Source: Lewinellaceae bacterium (GTDB taxonomy: Bacteria > Bacteroidota > Bacteroidia > Chitinophagales > Saprospiraceae). Taken from it: a stretch of DNA of 36,040 nucleotides. This document shows positions 1-8,573 of this stretch, piece by piece. A program made the translations under genes and the position numbers. The stretch's first letter is position 1. Each line of letters begins with the position of its first letter. The notes beneath the pieces are model-generated. The model was not told the origin of the DNA and made no database searches. It was given only the letters and a program-made list of their open reading frames with translations. The stretch is from positions 1 through 36,040 of the forward strand of contig JAYSZC010000383.1 in the NCBI GenBank assembly GCA_043738235.1, given 5' to 3'.

Positions 1-33
1 TCCCCATCCACTCTACGAGGGAAAAATCCGAAT

Positions 34-2187
34 CTACCTTAAAAAACCCATCGCCACGCCCCCGTCCACATTCAGCGCATTGCCCGTCGACTTGTTCAAC
101 AATCCGCCGACAAAAGCGAAACAGGCATTGGCGATGTCTTCCGGCAAAATGATCTCGTTGAGCAAGGTTCGTTTGGCGTAGTAAGCCGGCAGTTCCTCCA
201 CTGCAATACCGTATGCTTTGGCGCGGCCTTCCGCCCAGCCGCCCGACCAGATATTGGAGCCGGCGATGACGGCGTCGGGATTGACGGTGTTTACCCGGAT
301 TCGGTCGGCGCCCAGTTCCGCTGCGAGCAGGCGCGTGAGGTGGGCCTGGGCTGCTTTGGCGGAGCCATAACCCGCGTTGTTGGGGCCGGCCACCACCGCA
401 TTTTTGGAAACAATATTCACGATATCGCCGCCCAAACCCTGCTTGCGCATGACTACAACACCCGCCTGGCTGACTAAAAACTGACCTTTTACGAGAATAT
501 CATACAATTTATCCCAGTTTTCTTCCGTGTGTTCCGCAATGGGTTGGGAAATGCTGATACCCGCATTATTTACCACAATATCTACGCCGCCGAAAGCGAG
601 GCAGGCATCATGCAGCGCAGATGCAATAGACTGGCTATCCGTCACATTGAGTGTTGTAGCGGCCACCGCATCTTTTCCAAATGCCTGTAAAAATTCGGCC
701 TTGGCCTCCGCCAGACGCTCGGCATTCAGGTCGTTCAGCACCACACAGGCGCCTTCTTCGGCGAAGCGCCGGGCAATAGCCTTGCCTATGCCGCCAGCCG
801 AACCCGTCACCAAAGCCACCCGACCGCTGAGCAGTTTGGGTTTGGGCATGCGTTGTAGTTTTGCTTCTTCCAGTAGCCAGTATTCGATGTCGAACGCCTC
901 CTGCCGGGGCAGCGAGGTGTATTCGGAAATAGCTTCCGCGCCGCGCATCACATTGATGGCGTTGGTATAAAACTCGGCAGCGACGCGGGCGGTCTGTTTG
1001 TCTTTGGCAAACGTGAACATACCCACGCCCGGCCACAAAATCACCACTGGATTGGGGTCGCGCATGGGCGGGCTATTCGGTCTGCGGCAGATGTTATAAT
1101 ATTCGGCATACATATTCCGGTAAGCCTCGAACAGCGGCGACAGTTTTTCTTTAATGGCTGAAACGTCGGATACATCTTCGTCGGGCTTCAGATTCAATAC
1201 CAGCGGTGAAATTTTTGTCCGCAAAAAATGGTCGGGACAGGAAGTACCCAAGGGCGCCAGGCGTTCCAGGTTGTTGGAATTGATAAACTGCAACACGCGT
1301 TCGTCTTCCGAAAAATGGCCCACCATGCGCGTTTGGCTGGAGCAAAACCCGCGCAGAACGGGCGCGAGCGCGGCGGCTTGTTGCTGCGCCGGAGTGAGCG
1401 CCGAACTTCCAGAAAGTCTGAAACTTTCGGGAAGTTGCACTTTAGCGCCGCCAAGCACAGGCCGGGTTTTGCCATAGTTTTTTTCCAGGTAATCCGCGCA
1501 GGTTTCGATAACCTCCAGCGTGTTCATATAACTTTCGTAAGCCGTATCGCCCCAGGTGAACAAGCCGTGTGAGCCGAGCATGATACCGCGCAGCGCAATG
1601 CCCTTCCGGGCGTTTTCTTCCAGGCAATCCAGCAGTTGCAGGCCCAGGTCGAAACCAGGCCGCTGCCAGCCCACCCAGCCGATGGCGCCGCCGAAAAGTT
1701 CTTCGGTAATACGCTGTCCGTCTTTTGCAGCAGCGATGGCTATAGCCGCATCGGGGTGCAGGTGGTCGATGTGCCGGAAGGGTAAAAAACCGTGCAGCGG
1801 CGTATCGATGGAAGGCGCTTTGGAAGCGAGGTCGTAGATGCAGTGGTTGAACAGTTCGACCATTTCGTCCTCCTGTTCAAGGCCGCGATACACATTTTTG
1901 AGGCTGCGCAGACGTTCGACGTAAAGCGCTGCCAGGCCGCTGCGTTTCATAGTACCGAGGTCGCCGCCGGAGCCTTTCACCCACATCACTTCCACCGCTT
2001 TTCCGCTGAGCGGGTCTTTGGCCGGGGCTTTGCAGGAAGTATTGCCGCCGCCGTAATTGGTCAGCCGGAGGTCGGCGCCGAGCAAATTGGAACGATACAC
2101 CAGCAGGGCTACTTCGTCGCCTGCAAGTTCGGCTGCTTTGGATTCGTTCCAGAGGTAGGAAACGTGTTGGAAAGTTTGTACTGCCAT
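34..2187 (-). CDS. rhaEW: bifunctional rhamnulose-1-phosphate aldolase / short-chain (lactaldehyde) dehydrogenase, RhaEW/YuxG-type fusion
   Basis: 717-aa ORF. The N-terminal half looks like a class II aldolase/adducin-type domain. The C-terminal half is an SDR with the TGSAGGIGKA (TGxxxGxG) dinucleotide motif and the YGSAKAA (YxxxK) catalytic motif. Length and architecture fit the YuxG/RhaEW fusion family. rhaT and three rhamnosidase-like genes are nearby. Confidence 0.8.
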   Translation of the reverse strand: MAVQTFQHVSYLWNESKAAELAGDEVALLVYRSNLLGADLRLTNYGGGNTSCKAPAKDPLSGKAVEVMWVKGSGGDLGTMKRSGLAALYVERLRSLKNVYRGLEQEDEMVELFNHCIYDLASKAPSIDTPLHGFLPFRHIDHLHPDAAIAIAAAKDGQRITEELFGGAIGWVGWQRPGFDLGLQLLDCLEENARKGIALRGIMLGSHGLFTWGDTAYESYMNTLEVIETCADYLEKNYGKTRPVLGGAKVQLPESFRLSGSSALTPAQQQAAALAPVLRGFCSSQTRMVGHFSEDERVLQFINSNNLERLAPLGTSCPDHFLRTKISPLVLNLKPDEDVSDVSAIKEKLSPLFEAYRNMYAEYYNICRRPNSPPMRDPNPVVILWPGVGMFTFAKDKQTARVAAEFYTNAINVMRGAEAISEYTSLPRQEAFDIEYWLLEEAKLQRMPKPKLLSGRVALVTGSAGGIGKAIARRFAEEGACVVLNDLNAERLAEAKAEFLQAFGKDAVAATTLNVTDSQSIASALHDACLAFGGVDIVVNNAGISISQPIAEHTEENWDKLYDILVKGQFLVSQAGVVVMRKQGLGGDIVNIVSKNAVVAGPNNAGYGSAKAAQAHLTRLLAAELGADRIRVNTVNPDAVIAGSNIWSGGWAEGRAKAYGIAVEELPAYYAKRTLLNEIILPEDIANACFAFVGGLLNKSTGNALNVDGGVAMGFLR

Positions 2188-2201
2188 GTTAATATATTTT
2201 T

Positions 2202-2238
2202 CCGAGTAAATTTAAAATTAAATTTTAAATTTACTCGG
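2202..2238. repeat. perfect 37-bp palindrome in the 71-bp divergent intergenic region (candidate operator)
   Basis: Read directly as ccgagtaaatttaaaatt-a-aattttaaatttactcgg, with 18/18 arm pairs and one central base. It is flanked by near-identical direct repeats TTAATATATTTTT (2189-2201) and TTAATTTATATTTTT (2239-2253). The structure is certain; the regulatory role is inference. Confidence 0.8.
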
Positions 2239-2246
2239 TTAATTTA

Positions 2247-2254
2247 TATTTTTG
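2247..2254 (+). promoter_or_regulatory. candidate Bacteroidota -7 promoter box (TATTTTTG, fits TAnnTTTG), 4 nt before the ATG of the AAA+ ATPase gene
   Basis: Exact match to the TAnnTTTG consensus known for Bacteroidetes sigma-A promoters. The geometry implies a leaderless or near-leaderless transcript. Confidence 0.35.
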
Positions 2255-2258
2255 TCGA

Positions 2259-3425
2259 ATGATTGAACGTTTGCTTTCAAAAAGAATCCTTCGGGATTTG
2301 AGTTGGTCTCCAATAATCGGCCTTATCGGTTCGAGACAGGTCGGTAAAACAACGCTGGTCAAGCACCTGCAATCGCAGATCGCAAAACCCACGCTTTACC
2401 TCGACCTTGAACTCCGGGAAGACTGGTTTAAACTGGAGGATGCTCAAACCTACCTTTCTGGTCATGCTGACAAATGCGTCATCATCGATGAAATTCAGGT
2501 GCGCCCGGAGTTGTTTGCGTTGTTGCGGGCATTGACCGACCAAAAGCGGGAACCTGCCAGATTTATATTGCTCGGTTCGGCTTCGCCACATATTGTCAAA
2601 CTGAATACCGAGACGCTTGCCGGTCGAATTGCCTACCATGAGTTGCCGCCCTTTTCTTATTCTGAAATCCGCAACCTTTTTTCGCAAGAGGAACACTGGC
2701 TGCGAGGCGGCTTCCCCGGTTCTTTGCTCGCCCCGGAAACTTTTATCAGCCGAAAATGGCTCGACGATTTTACAGAAACCTTCATCCACCGTGATCTTTC
2801 CCGCCTGGGTTTTGCAGTACCTGCCGGTCTCTTGCGCAATATGCTTTCCATGTTGGCGCATTTGCATGGAGGCGCATTCAATGCCAGTGCGCTGGCTGCC
2901 TCGCTGGGTGTGACCAGCCCGACCGTCAATAAATATCTCGAACTGCTGGAAGGCAGTTTTTTGATACGCAGGTTGCCGCCTTATTTCGTCAACCTCGGTA
3001 AACGGCTGACCAAATCGCCCAAACTCTATCTCCGCGACAGCGGCCTGCTCCACTACCTTTTGCGCGTGTTCGATATGGAAAATTTGCGCGGAAACCCTGC
3101 CGTCGGCGCTTCCTGGGAAGGCTACGTTATTGAGCAAATTATCCGGGAAGCCCCTGAATTTTCCGATTTTTACTATTACCGAACGCAACATGGCGCAGAA
3201 GTAGATTTACTTATGATTACCCCGAAAGGCAAAAAAGTGTGCATGGAGATTAAGTTTTCCATTTCACCGAGTATTTCCAAAGGTTTCTACCAGAGCATTG
3301 CCGATTTACAGTCCGATTTCAATTACGTTATTACACCCGGCGGAGAACGCTTTGACAGAAGTGACGGACTGCGTATTTGCCCTTTGTCGATCTTTTTGGA
3401 AAAAGAGTTACCCTCTTTTGAATGA
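2259..3425 (+). CDS. AAA+ superfamily ATPase, COG1373-type (AAA_14 + DUF4143-like C-terminal PD-(D/E)xK-like module)
   Basis: 388-aa ORF. It has Walker A GSRQVGKTT, Walker B-like VIIDEIQ, and a central wHTH-like segment (SPTVNKYLELLEGSFLI). The C-terminal GAEVDLL...CMEIKF resembles a D...E-x-K nuclease-like motif. Confidence 0.75.
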   Translation: MIERLLSKRILRDLSWSPIIGLIGSRQVGKTTLVKHLQSQIAKPTLYLDLELREDWFKLEDAQTYLSGHADKCVIIDEIQVRPELFALLRALTDQKREPARFILLGSASPHIVKLNTETLAGRIAYHELPPFSYSEIRNLFSQEEHWLRGGFPGSLLAPETFISRKWLDDFTETFIHRDLSRLGFAVPAGLLRNMLSMLAHLHGGAFNASALAASLGVTSPTVNKYLELLEGSFLIRRLPPYFVNLGKRLTKSPKLYLRDSGLLHYLLRVFDMENLRGNPAVGASWEGYVIEQIIREAPEFSDFYYYRTQHGAEVDLLMITPKGKKVCMEIKFSISPSISKGFYQSIADLQSDFNYVITPGGERFDRSDGLRICPLSIFLEKELPSFE

Positions 3426-3506
3426 GTGTTTCAAAAATGGCATGGATCAAAAATCCGTCTCTTCCTTTTAATCCGTGTTCCTTTTCCGCCTGGATAAGGC
3501 ATTTCA

Positions 3507-3538
3507 GATTTGACAACTTGAAAAAAAGTTGTCAAATC
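3507..3538. terminator. 13-bp perfect-stem hairpin between convergent genes (bidirectional terminator candidate)
   Basis: gatttgacaactt-gaaaaa-aagttgtcaaatc. The right arm overlaps the rhaT stop codon (3537-3539). There is no clear U-tract on either strand. Confidence 0.5.
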
Positions 3539-4589
3539 ACATCGAATTCCCCCAGCCCACAATGAACACGGACAACAAAATCACCCCAATGCCTACAATA
3601 ACCGTCGCCAACGTGCGGCGGCTCACCCCTTTCCATTCTTTCAAAAACAGTCCCCAGGCGCTGGAAATCAGGATAATGAAAGCCATGTGCAGAATCCAGG
3701 AACTGGCGCCGTTGCCGAGTTTGGACTCGCCCATGCCGTAGAAAAAGAATTGCATAAACCAGGTGGTGCCCGCCAGCGCTGCCCAGCCGTAATTACTCAG
3801 CAAAGGCGATTTGACATTCCGGTAGTCGCCAAAAGACTTGTTGCGCGCATTGAGCACCATACTCCACAGGAAATTGGTGGTCAGGCCGCCCCAAAGCAGC
3901 ACCACAAAAATCACGTTGTTCTGGAAAAGCGGGTTGGCGCCGCGTTCGATGGCTACGTGCGCCATGTCTTTTCCGGCCTCGATGCCGAAGTTGAAACAGG
4001 CCGAGAGGATGCCGGAAATGGTAGCAACGATCAGCCCTTTTACCAGGTTAAATTCTGCTACGCCTTCTTTTTTGGCCGCATCGTCCAGTTCGCGTTCTTT
4101 CAGCATACCCGCTCTGCCGCAAATGGCGATACCCGCCAGACAAACCAGGACGCCGAATAAAATCAACTGTCCGCCGGAACTGGCAAACATCTCGCCGATG
4201 CCGACTTTACCTGCAACAGGGTTGATCGCATAATACATGGAAGGTACCAGCGCTCCGAATGCCGAACAGTATCCCAAAGCGACGCTCATGCCGAGACTCA
4301 TGCCCAGATAGCGCATCGAAAGGCCGAAAGTCAGTCCGCCGATGCCCCAGAGCAGCCCGAAAAAGTATGTCCAAAAAATGGTACTGCCATCGGTGCTGCG
4401 GATAATACCCATAAAATCGGGCACCGTCAGCGTGGCGGCGACAAAGGGCACAATCAGCCACGAAAACACGCCGCCAACGATCCAGGCGCTTTCCCAGGAC
4501 CAACCCTTGACCCGCCGGAAAGGCACATAAAAACTACCGGACGCAAAGCCGCCGATGAAGTGAAAAATGATACCGAATACTACTTCCAT
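3537..4589 (-). CDS. rhaT: L-rhamnose/H+ symporter RhaT
   Basis: The ORF is open to 4646, but ATG at 4589 (MEVVFGIIFHFIGGFASGSFYVPFRRVKGWSWE...) aligns with the N-terminus of E. coli RhaT as I recall it ([28 protein letters not shown]). Similarity continues throughout (MRYLGMSLGMS, FNLVKGL, WFMQFFFYG, LKEW). It is a polytopic membrane protein. Confidence 0.85.
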   Translation of the reverse strand: MEVVFGIIFHFIGGFASGSFYVPFRRVKGWSWESAWIVGGVFSWLIVPFVAATLTVPDFMGIIRSTDGSTIFWTYFFGLLWGIGGLTFGLSMRYLGMSLGMSVALGYCSAFGALVPSMYYAINPVAGKVGIGEMFASSGGQLILFGVLVCLAGIAICGRAGMLKERELDDAAKKEGVAEFNLVKGLIVATISGILSACFNFGIEAGKDMAHVAIERGANPLFQNNVIFVVLLWGGLTTNFLWSMVLNARNKSFGDYRNVKSPLLSNYGWAALAGTTWFMQFFFYGMGESKLGNGASSWILHMAFIILISSAWGLFLKEWKGVSRRTLATVIVGIGVILLSVFIVGWGNSM

Positions 4590-4603
4590 GATTATTCCAT
4601 TAT

Positions 4604-4726
4604 GGTTGATAAAAGTTGATAAGGGTTGATGAAGGTTGATATTCAAGCGCTCGAAAAGAGTAAAATCGCTTCATTTTCGAGCAGTTGAATATCAACCTTA
4701 TCAACCTTTATAAACCCTCATCAACC
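4604..4726. repeat. inverted array of helically phased GGTTGAT / ATCAACC boxes around a central hairpin
   Basis: GTTGAT occurs at 4605, 4615, 4625 and 4635, exactly 10-bp phasing. The mirror ATCAAC boxes are at 4691, 4700, 4710 (degenerate ATAAAC) and 4720. The central stem is gctcgaaaa (4649-4657) / ttttcgagc (4674-4682), plus ttcaa/ttgaa (4642-4646 / 4685-4689). Confidence 0.85.
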
Positions 4727-4741
4727 TGTTGAGACAACTGC

Positions 4742-7700
4742 CTAATTATTTTCTTTCTTCCCTTCAAATGACATCCCCATCGCTTCCAGTTTCACCCCGA
4801 TCACCTTGCCGCCGCTGTCGCGCACAAACTGGAACATCGCCTGCCCGTTCGCATCGAAACGGTCGGCAGTGGAGGTCGCTTTCAACGCGCCCTTTTCTCC
4901 GCCATTGTCGGACATCAGGCTTCCGTTCTCGACGCTGAATTTGATAAATTCAAAAGGAAGTCCCGAGAATTTGTACTTCCCGGCAAAAGCCTCCAATTCG
5001 GAAACCGCAAGTTGTGCACCGGGCATACTGGCCGCAAGCGCTTCCGCCGCGAGCATTTCAGGCGTTTGAAATTTGATACCGGTCAGTACAAACAAACTCT
5101 GTCCTGCAGGCGCCTTTTCATTTTTGAAAACGAGGTAAATATTATGTAGCCCGGCAGGTGCGTTCAAAGGTGCAATGACTTTTTCAGCTCCAAACCCGGG
5201 CTTTTCCGATGCTTCGATAAAAGCGGTTTGTCCCACCAAAGGCCCATCCGGTTTATCCAGGCGTAGTTCCAGCAAACCGCCGGCGGCATTCATACCTTCT
5301 TTGGGGGCAGATACCATAAAATCTACCTGGCTTATTCCGGCCAGATCGAGTTGTTCAAACATAATCCAGGAGCCTGAACTGCTCACGATAGTCAGTTTGG
5401 TAGCGCCGAAAGTCATTTTTTGTATTTTTTCGTACTGACTGCCCATGTGCGGGTTCATGGAAGGATTGCGCAGCACATAGACCTGCTCTGAGGTCTGAGC
5501 AGGTAAACCCATGAATCCACGATCTTTGTACGCTGCACGCAACAGGTACACACCCTCTCCCTTATCGCCTTCCGGTACGGCAGCCACGAATTCGCCTTCC
5601 GTAGCCAGCCGGGGTTTTACGTCGGCCAGACTGAGGATGTAATCGGCAATGACTTCAGCATCCGCCTGTTTGATTTGTGGGTGCGCCGCCATGGCTATAT
5701 CGCCCCAGGCGCCGCTGCCGCCATTGATGATTTTATCGGCGATCAGTTTTACTGCATCTGCCTGGCCTTTGTATTTCTGTGCCACGAGGCGGTATTCCGG
5801 GCCTACGGATTTTTTATCCGCAAAATGGCAGGACTGACAGTCGCTACCGGCCATCAGTTTGGCGCCGGGCGCAAAGGAAGCCGAGGCGTCTGCGTCGCGG
5901 TGACCACGCGCAATGGCTTCTTTATCATAACCTTCTGCCAGATAATCAGCGGTAAACACAACGGCGTTATCGTTGATTGTTCCCATGGCAAGGCTGCCGT
6001 CTTCTTTATCCGTTACTTTCACTGCGTAGTTGATTTTTTGGTTGGGGAAAAAGAAAGAGCGATTGGTGTTGGCGCCCAGTTCAAGTTCGAGTTTGGGCGG
6101 TTCATTGCCCGCCACCAGATCGAGCGAGCGGCTGTTGCTCAAGCCCTGGGGATCGGTCACGGTAAGCGTGGCCTTGTACACCCCTTTCTTTTTCAGTGTC
6201 AAGCTGGGATTGGCCGTGGTAAATACCTGCGCTTTGCCCTTGCCCGCCGCTGGAGCAATTTTCCATTCGTAGCGCAGCGCATCGCCGTCGTAATCTGTTG
6301 TGCCTTCCGAAGAAAGCTGCAGGGTCAGCGGCACAGCGCCTGCTGTCTGGTTGGCGCTGACATTCACCACCGGTTTGCGGTTGCCGGCGCTGTATTCGAT
6401 GCGGACCAGGCGGGCGTCGTCGTTCTCCTGAAACCAGCCGGTGCCGTATTCGAGCATCCAGAGGTCGCCGTTGTGGTCAAATTCCATGTCCATGGGATTC
6501 GAGAATTTTTCGCTCGGCATAAAGCGTTCCATCGAAACGAAATTGCCTGCCGCATCCATCGTCACCGCCATCATCCAGCCGCGCATCCAGTCGTAGATGA
6601 GTAGTTTGCCTTCGTAATAATCCGGGAAAACGCGCGCCGCGCCGGAAAAGTCATTTTTATAAAAAACTGGTCCCGCCATGGCATTTCGACCGCCTGTGCC
6701 GACCAGCGGAAATTCCTTGGAGGCATCATACGGGTACCAGATAAATGCTTTTTGAGCGGGTGGCAGCACTTCCTGACCGGTGTTGTTCGGCGATTGATTC
6801 AGCGGTTTTTCCACCTGGTAATAAGCGGCGGCAGTGCTGTCGGCGTAGTTATAATCGCGGTATGCCTGGTTGTCGCCCACAAAATGCGGCCAGCCGAAAT
6901 TACCGGCCCGACGCGCCTGCCCCACTTCGTCGTAGCCTATCGGGCCGCGCAAAGAATCGGGTTTACTGGCATCGGGGCCGACTTCACCCCAATACACGAA
7001 ACCTGTTTTATGGTCAACAGAGATTCGGAACGGATTGCGGTGGCCCATACTGAAAATTTCCGGGCGGGTTTTGGGGGCGCCTTTTGGGAACAGGTTGCCC
7101 TCCGGCACCGTGTACGTGCCATCGGCCTGCGGGCGGATGCGGATGATTTTGCCGCGCAGGTCGTTGGTATTGGCCGACGATTTTTGGGCATCCCAGGGGC
7201 CGCGGCCCGGACGTTCGTCGATGGGTGCATAGCCGTCGGCACGCGGGCTGCTGTTGTCGCCCGTAGAAAGATAAAGATTGCCCGCTGCGTCCCAGGCGAT
7301 GGAGCCGCCGGTGTGGCAGCATTCTTCGCGTTGCACAGCCACTTCCAGCAATACTTTTCTGGAATCCATCAGCAGTTCGTCGCCGCGCAATTCATAGCGG
7401 GCCAGGATATTTTTCGGCTCGTTGCCGGCAGGCGAATAGTAGAGGTAAATCCAGTGGTTTTGTTCAAAATTCGGGTCTTTACTCAGGCCGAGCAATCCGT
7501 CTTCAGCTTCCGATTCTTTGCCTTCTTTGCTGGTGTATTTGGTGCTGACCGGGATGGTGGCGATGGTGCGCACATCTCCTCTTTTTGGGTCGTAGAGTTT
7601 CAAATCACCATGTCGTTCGATGAACAGCACCCGCCCGTCGCGGAAAGTCGTCAGTTCCATGGGTTCGTTGAGTTTTTCCTTCAGAACCACCTTTGTAAAG

Positions 7701-8494
7701 CGGTTTTCCTCCGGCATCAACTGCGTTCGTACTTTGCCGTAATTCAGATTGGCATTCATCACCCAGCGCAAACCTTCGAGCAGGTGGCGCAGGAAAAGCG
7801 GCTCCGAGTAAGTCTCATCCGTGTGACCCAGGCTGGTGTAAAAGGCCCGGCCGCCGTCGTATTCGTGGTACCAGGCGGATGGGTGCCAGTCGCCCATGGT
7901 GCCGCCGATGTAGGTTTTTTCATCAATGGTAAGCAGCACTTTTACGTCGGGATTCATGTTTTTAAAACTGTAAAACTCGTCCATACGCTTCCAGGGATCG
8001 GGTAAAAAAGACGTTGAAGCGTGGGTTTTATCGTGAACGTGGTACTCACCGGGTTGAACATTGCTCGGCGTGGACGGGTGGTCTTTGAAATAAGCGCCGG
8101 CCAGTTTGCCATACCAGGGCCAGTCGTATTCTGTGTCCGTTGCGGCATGGACGCCGAGATAGCCGCCGCCTGCCTGGATATAGCGTTCAAAAGCATTTTG
8201 TTGGAGCGGGTTGAGCACATCGCCGGTTGTATTCAGGAAAATCACCGCAGCATACCGGCGCAGGTTTTTTTCGTTGAACAGCGTAGCATCTTCCGTCGTA
8301 TCCACCGAAAAACCATTTTCGACACCGAGTTTCTGAATGGCGGCCTTGCCGGCGCCAATGGAGGCGTGTCGAAAAACGGTTGTTTTACTAAAGACCAATA
8401 TCCTGTTTTGAGCAAAGGAAAAGGTGTAACATATACCTAGCAAAAGGTTTATCAGGGCAATTCTTACGACGAGTTGAAAAAGATGTTGAATCAT
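4742..8494 (-). CDS. secreted multidomain oxidoreductase: ThuA-like + PQQ-dependent (soluble glucose/sorbosone-type) sugar dehydrogenase beta-propeller + PKD + class I cytochrome c + CBM6-like + DUF3471-like C-terminal domain
   Basis: 1250-aa ORF with a signal peptide (…YTFSFA-Q).
- ThuA-like block: ILVFSKTTVFRHASI…GGGYLGVHAATD…FYTSLGH.
- GSDH-type propeller motifs: HTGGSIAWDAAGNLYLSTGD, GKIIRIRP, FSMGHRNPFRISVD.
- PKD-like block: VPLTLQLSSEGTTDYDGDALRYEW…TLTVTDPQG.
- Heme motif CQSCH at nt 5825-5839.
- CBM6-like segment: GLLELRLDKPDGPLVG. Confidence 0.8.
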   Translation of the reverse strand: MIQHLFQLVVRIALINLLLGICYTFSFAQNRILVFSKTTVFRHASIGAGKAAIQKLGVENGFSVDTTEDATLFNEKNLRRYAAVIFLNTTGDVLNPLQQNAFERYIQAGGGYLGVHAATDTEYDWPWYGKLAGAYFKDHPSTPSNVQPGEYHVHDKTHASTSFLPDPWKRMDEFYSFKNMNPDVKVLLTIDEKTYIGGTMGDWHPSAWYHEYDGGRAFYTSLGHTDETYSEPLFLRHLLEGLRWVMNANLNYGKVRTQLMPEENRFTKVVLKEKLNEPMELTTFRDGRVLFIERHGDLKLYDPKRGDVRTIATIPVSTKYTSKEGKESEAEDGLLGLSKDPNFEQNHWIYLYYSPAGNEPKNILARYELRGDELLMDSRKVLLEVAVQREECCHTGGSIAWDAAGNLYLSTGDNSSPRADGYAPIDERPGRGPWDAQKSSANTNDLRGKIIRIRPQADGTYTVPEGNLFPKGAPKTRPEIFSMGHRNPFRISVDHKTGFVYWGEVGPDASKPDSLRGPIGYDEVGQARRAGNFGWPHFVGDNQAYRDYNYADSTAAAYYQVEKPLNQSPNNTGQEVLPPAQKAFIWYPYDASKEFPLVGTGGRNAMAGPVFYKNDFSGAARVFPDYYEGKLLIYDWMRGWMMAVTMDAAGNFVSMERFMPSEKFSNPMDMEFDHNGDLWMLEYGTGWFQENDDARLVRIEYSAGNRKPVVNVSANQTAGAVPLTLQLSSEGTTDYDGDALRYEWKIAPAAGKGKAQVFTTANPSLTLKKKGVYKATLTVTDPQGLSNSRSLDLVAGNEPPKLELELGANTNRSFFFPNQKINYAVKVTDKEDGSLAMGTINDNAVVFTADYLAEGYDKEAIARGHRDADASASFAPGAKLMAGSDCQSCHFADKKSVGPEYRLVAQKYKGQADAVKLIADKIINGGSGAWGDIAMAAHPQIKQADAEVIADYILSLADVKPRLATEGEFVAAVPEGDKGEGVYLLRAAYKDRGFMGLPAQTSEQVYVLRNPSMNPHMGSQYEKIQKMTFGATKLTIVSSSGSWIMFEQLDLAGISQVDFMVSAPKEGMNAAGGLLELRLDKPDGPLVGQTAFIEASEKPGFGAEKVIAPLNAPAGLHNIYLVFKNEKAPAGQSLFVLTGIKFQTPEMLAAEALAASMPGAQLAVSELEAFAGKYKFSGLPFEFIKFSVENGSLMSDNGGEKGALKATSTADRFDANGQAMFQFVRDSGGKVIGVKLEAMGMSFEGKKENN

Positions 8495-8573
8495 ATAGAA
8501 TGAAATTCATTAAATGTGTGAAATGGAAATAAACGACCAAAAGTAATAGCAATCACAGCAGTGTATACTTCGC

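Noticed and set aside
4590-4646. A 19-codon N-terminal extension of rhaT (MNINLHQPLSTFINHNGII) starting from the ATG at 4646.
   Set aside because: The extension is encoded by the GGTTGAT/ATCAACC repeat array itself. It has no counterpart in E. coli RhaT as I recall it. The internal ATG at 4589 gives a conventional N-terminus. This was not experimentally resolved, so the longer form remains possible.
4604-4726. TTATCAACC/TTATCAACT boxes resembling DnaA boxes (TTATCCACA), raising the possibility of a replication origin.
   Set aside because: The boxes lack the CACA core. There are no dnaA/dnaN neighbours or AT-rich unwinding element. The element sits between two co-directional catabolic genes, so a regulatory or repeat-element explanation is more economical.
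6752-8005. A 417-aa plus-strand ORF, with neighbours at 5675-6604 and 8021-8440, lying antisense to the ThuA/PQQ/cytochrome c gene.
   Set aside because: It lies entirely inside a much longer minus-strand ORF with clear domain signatures. Its translation is Arg/Ala/Gly/Val-rich, low-complexity and has no recognisable motifs. This is a typical shadow ORF of a moderately GC-rich coding strand.
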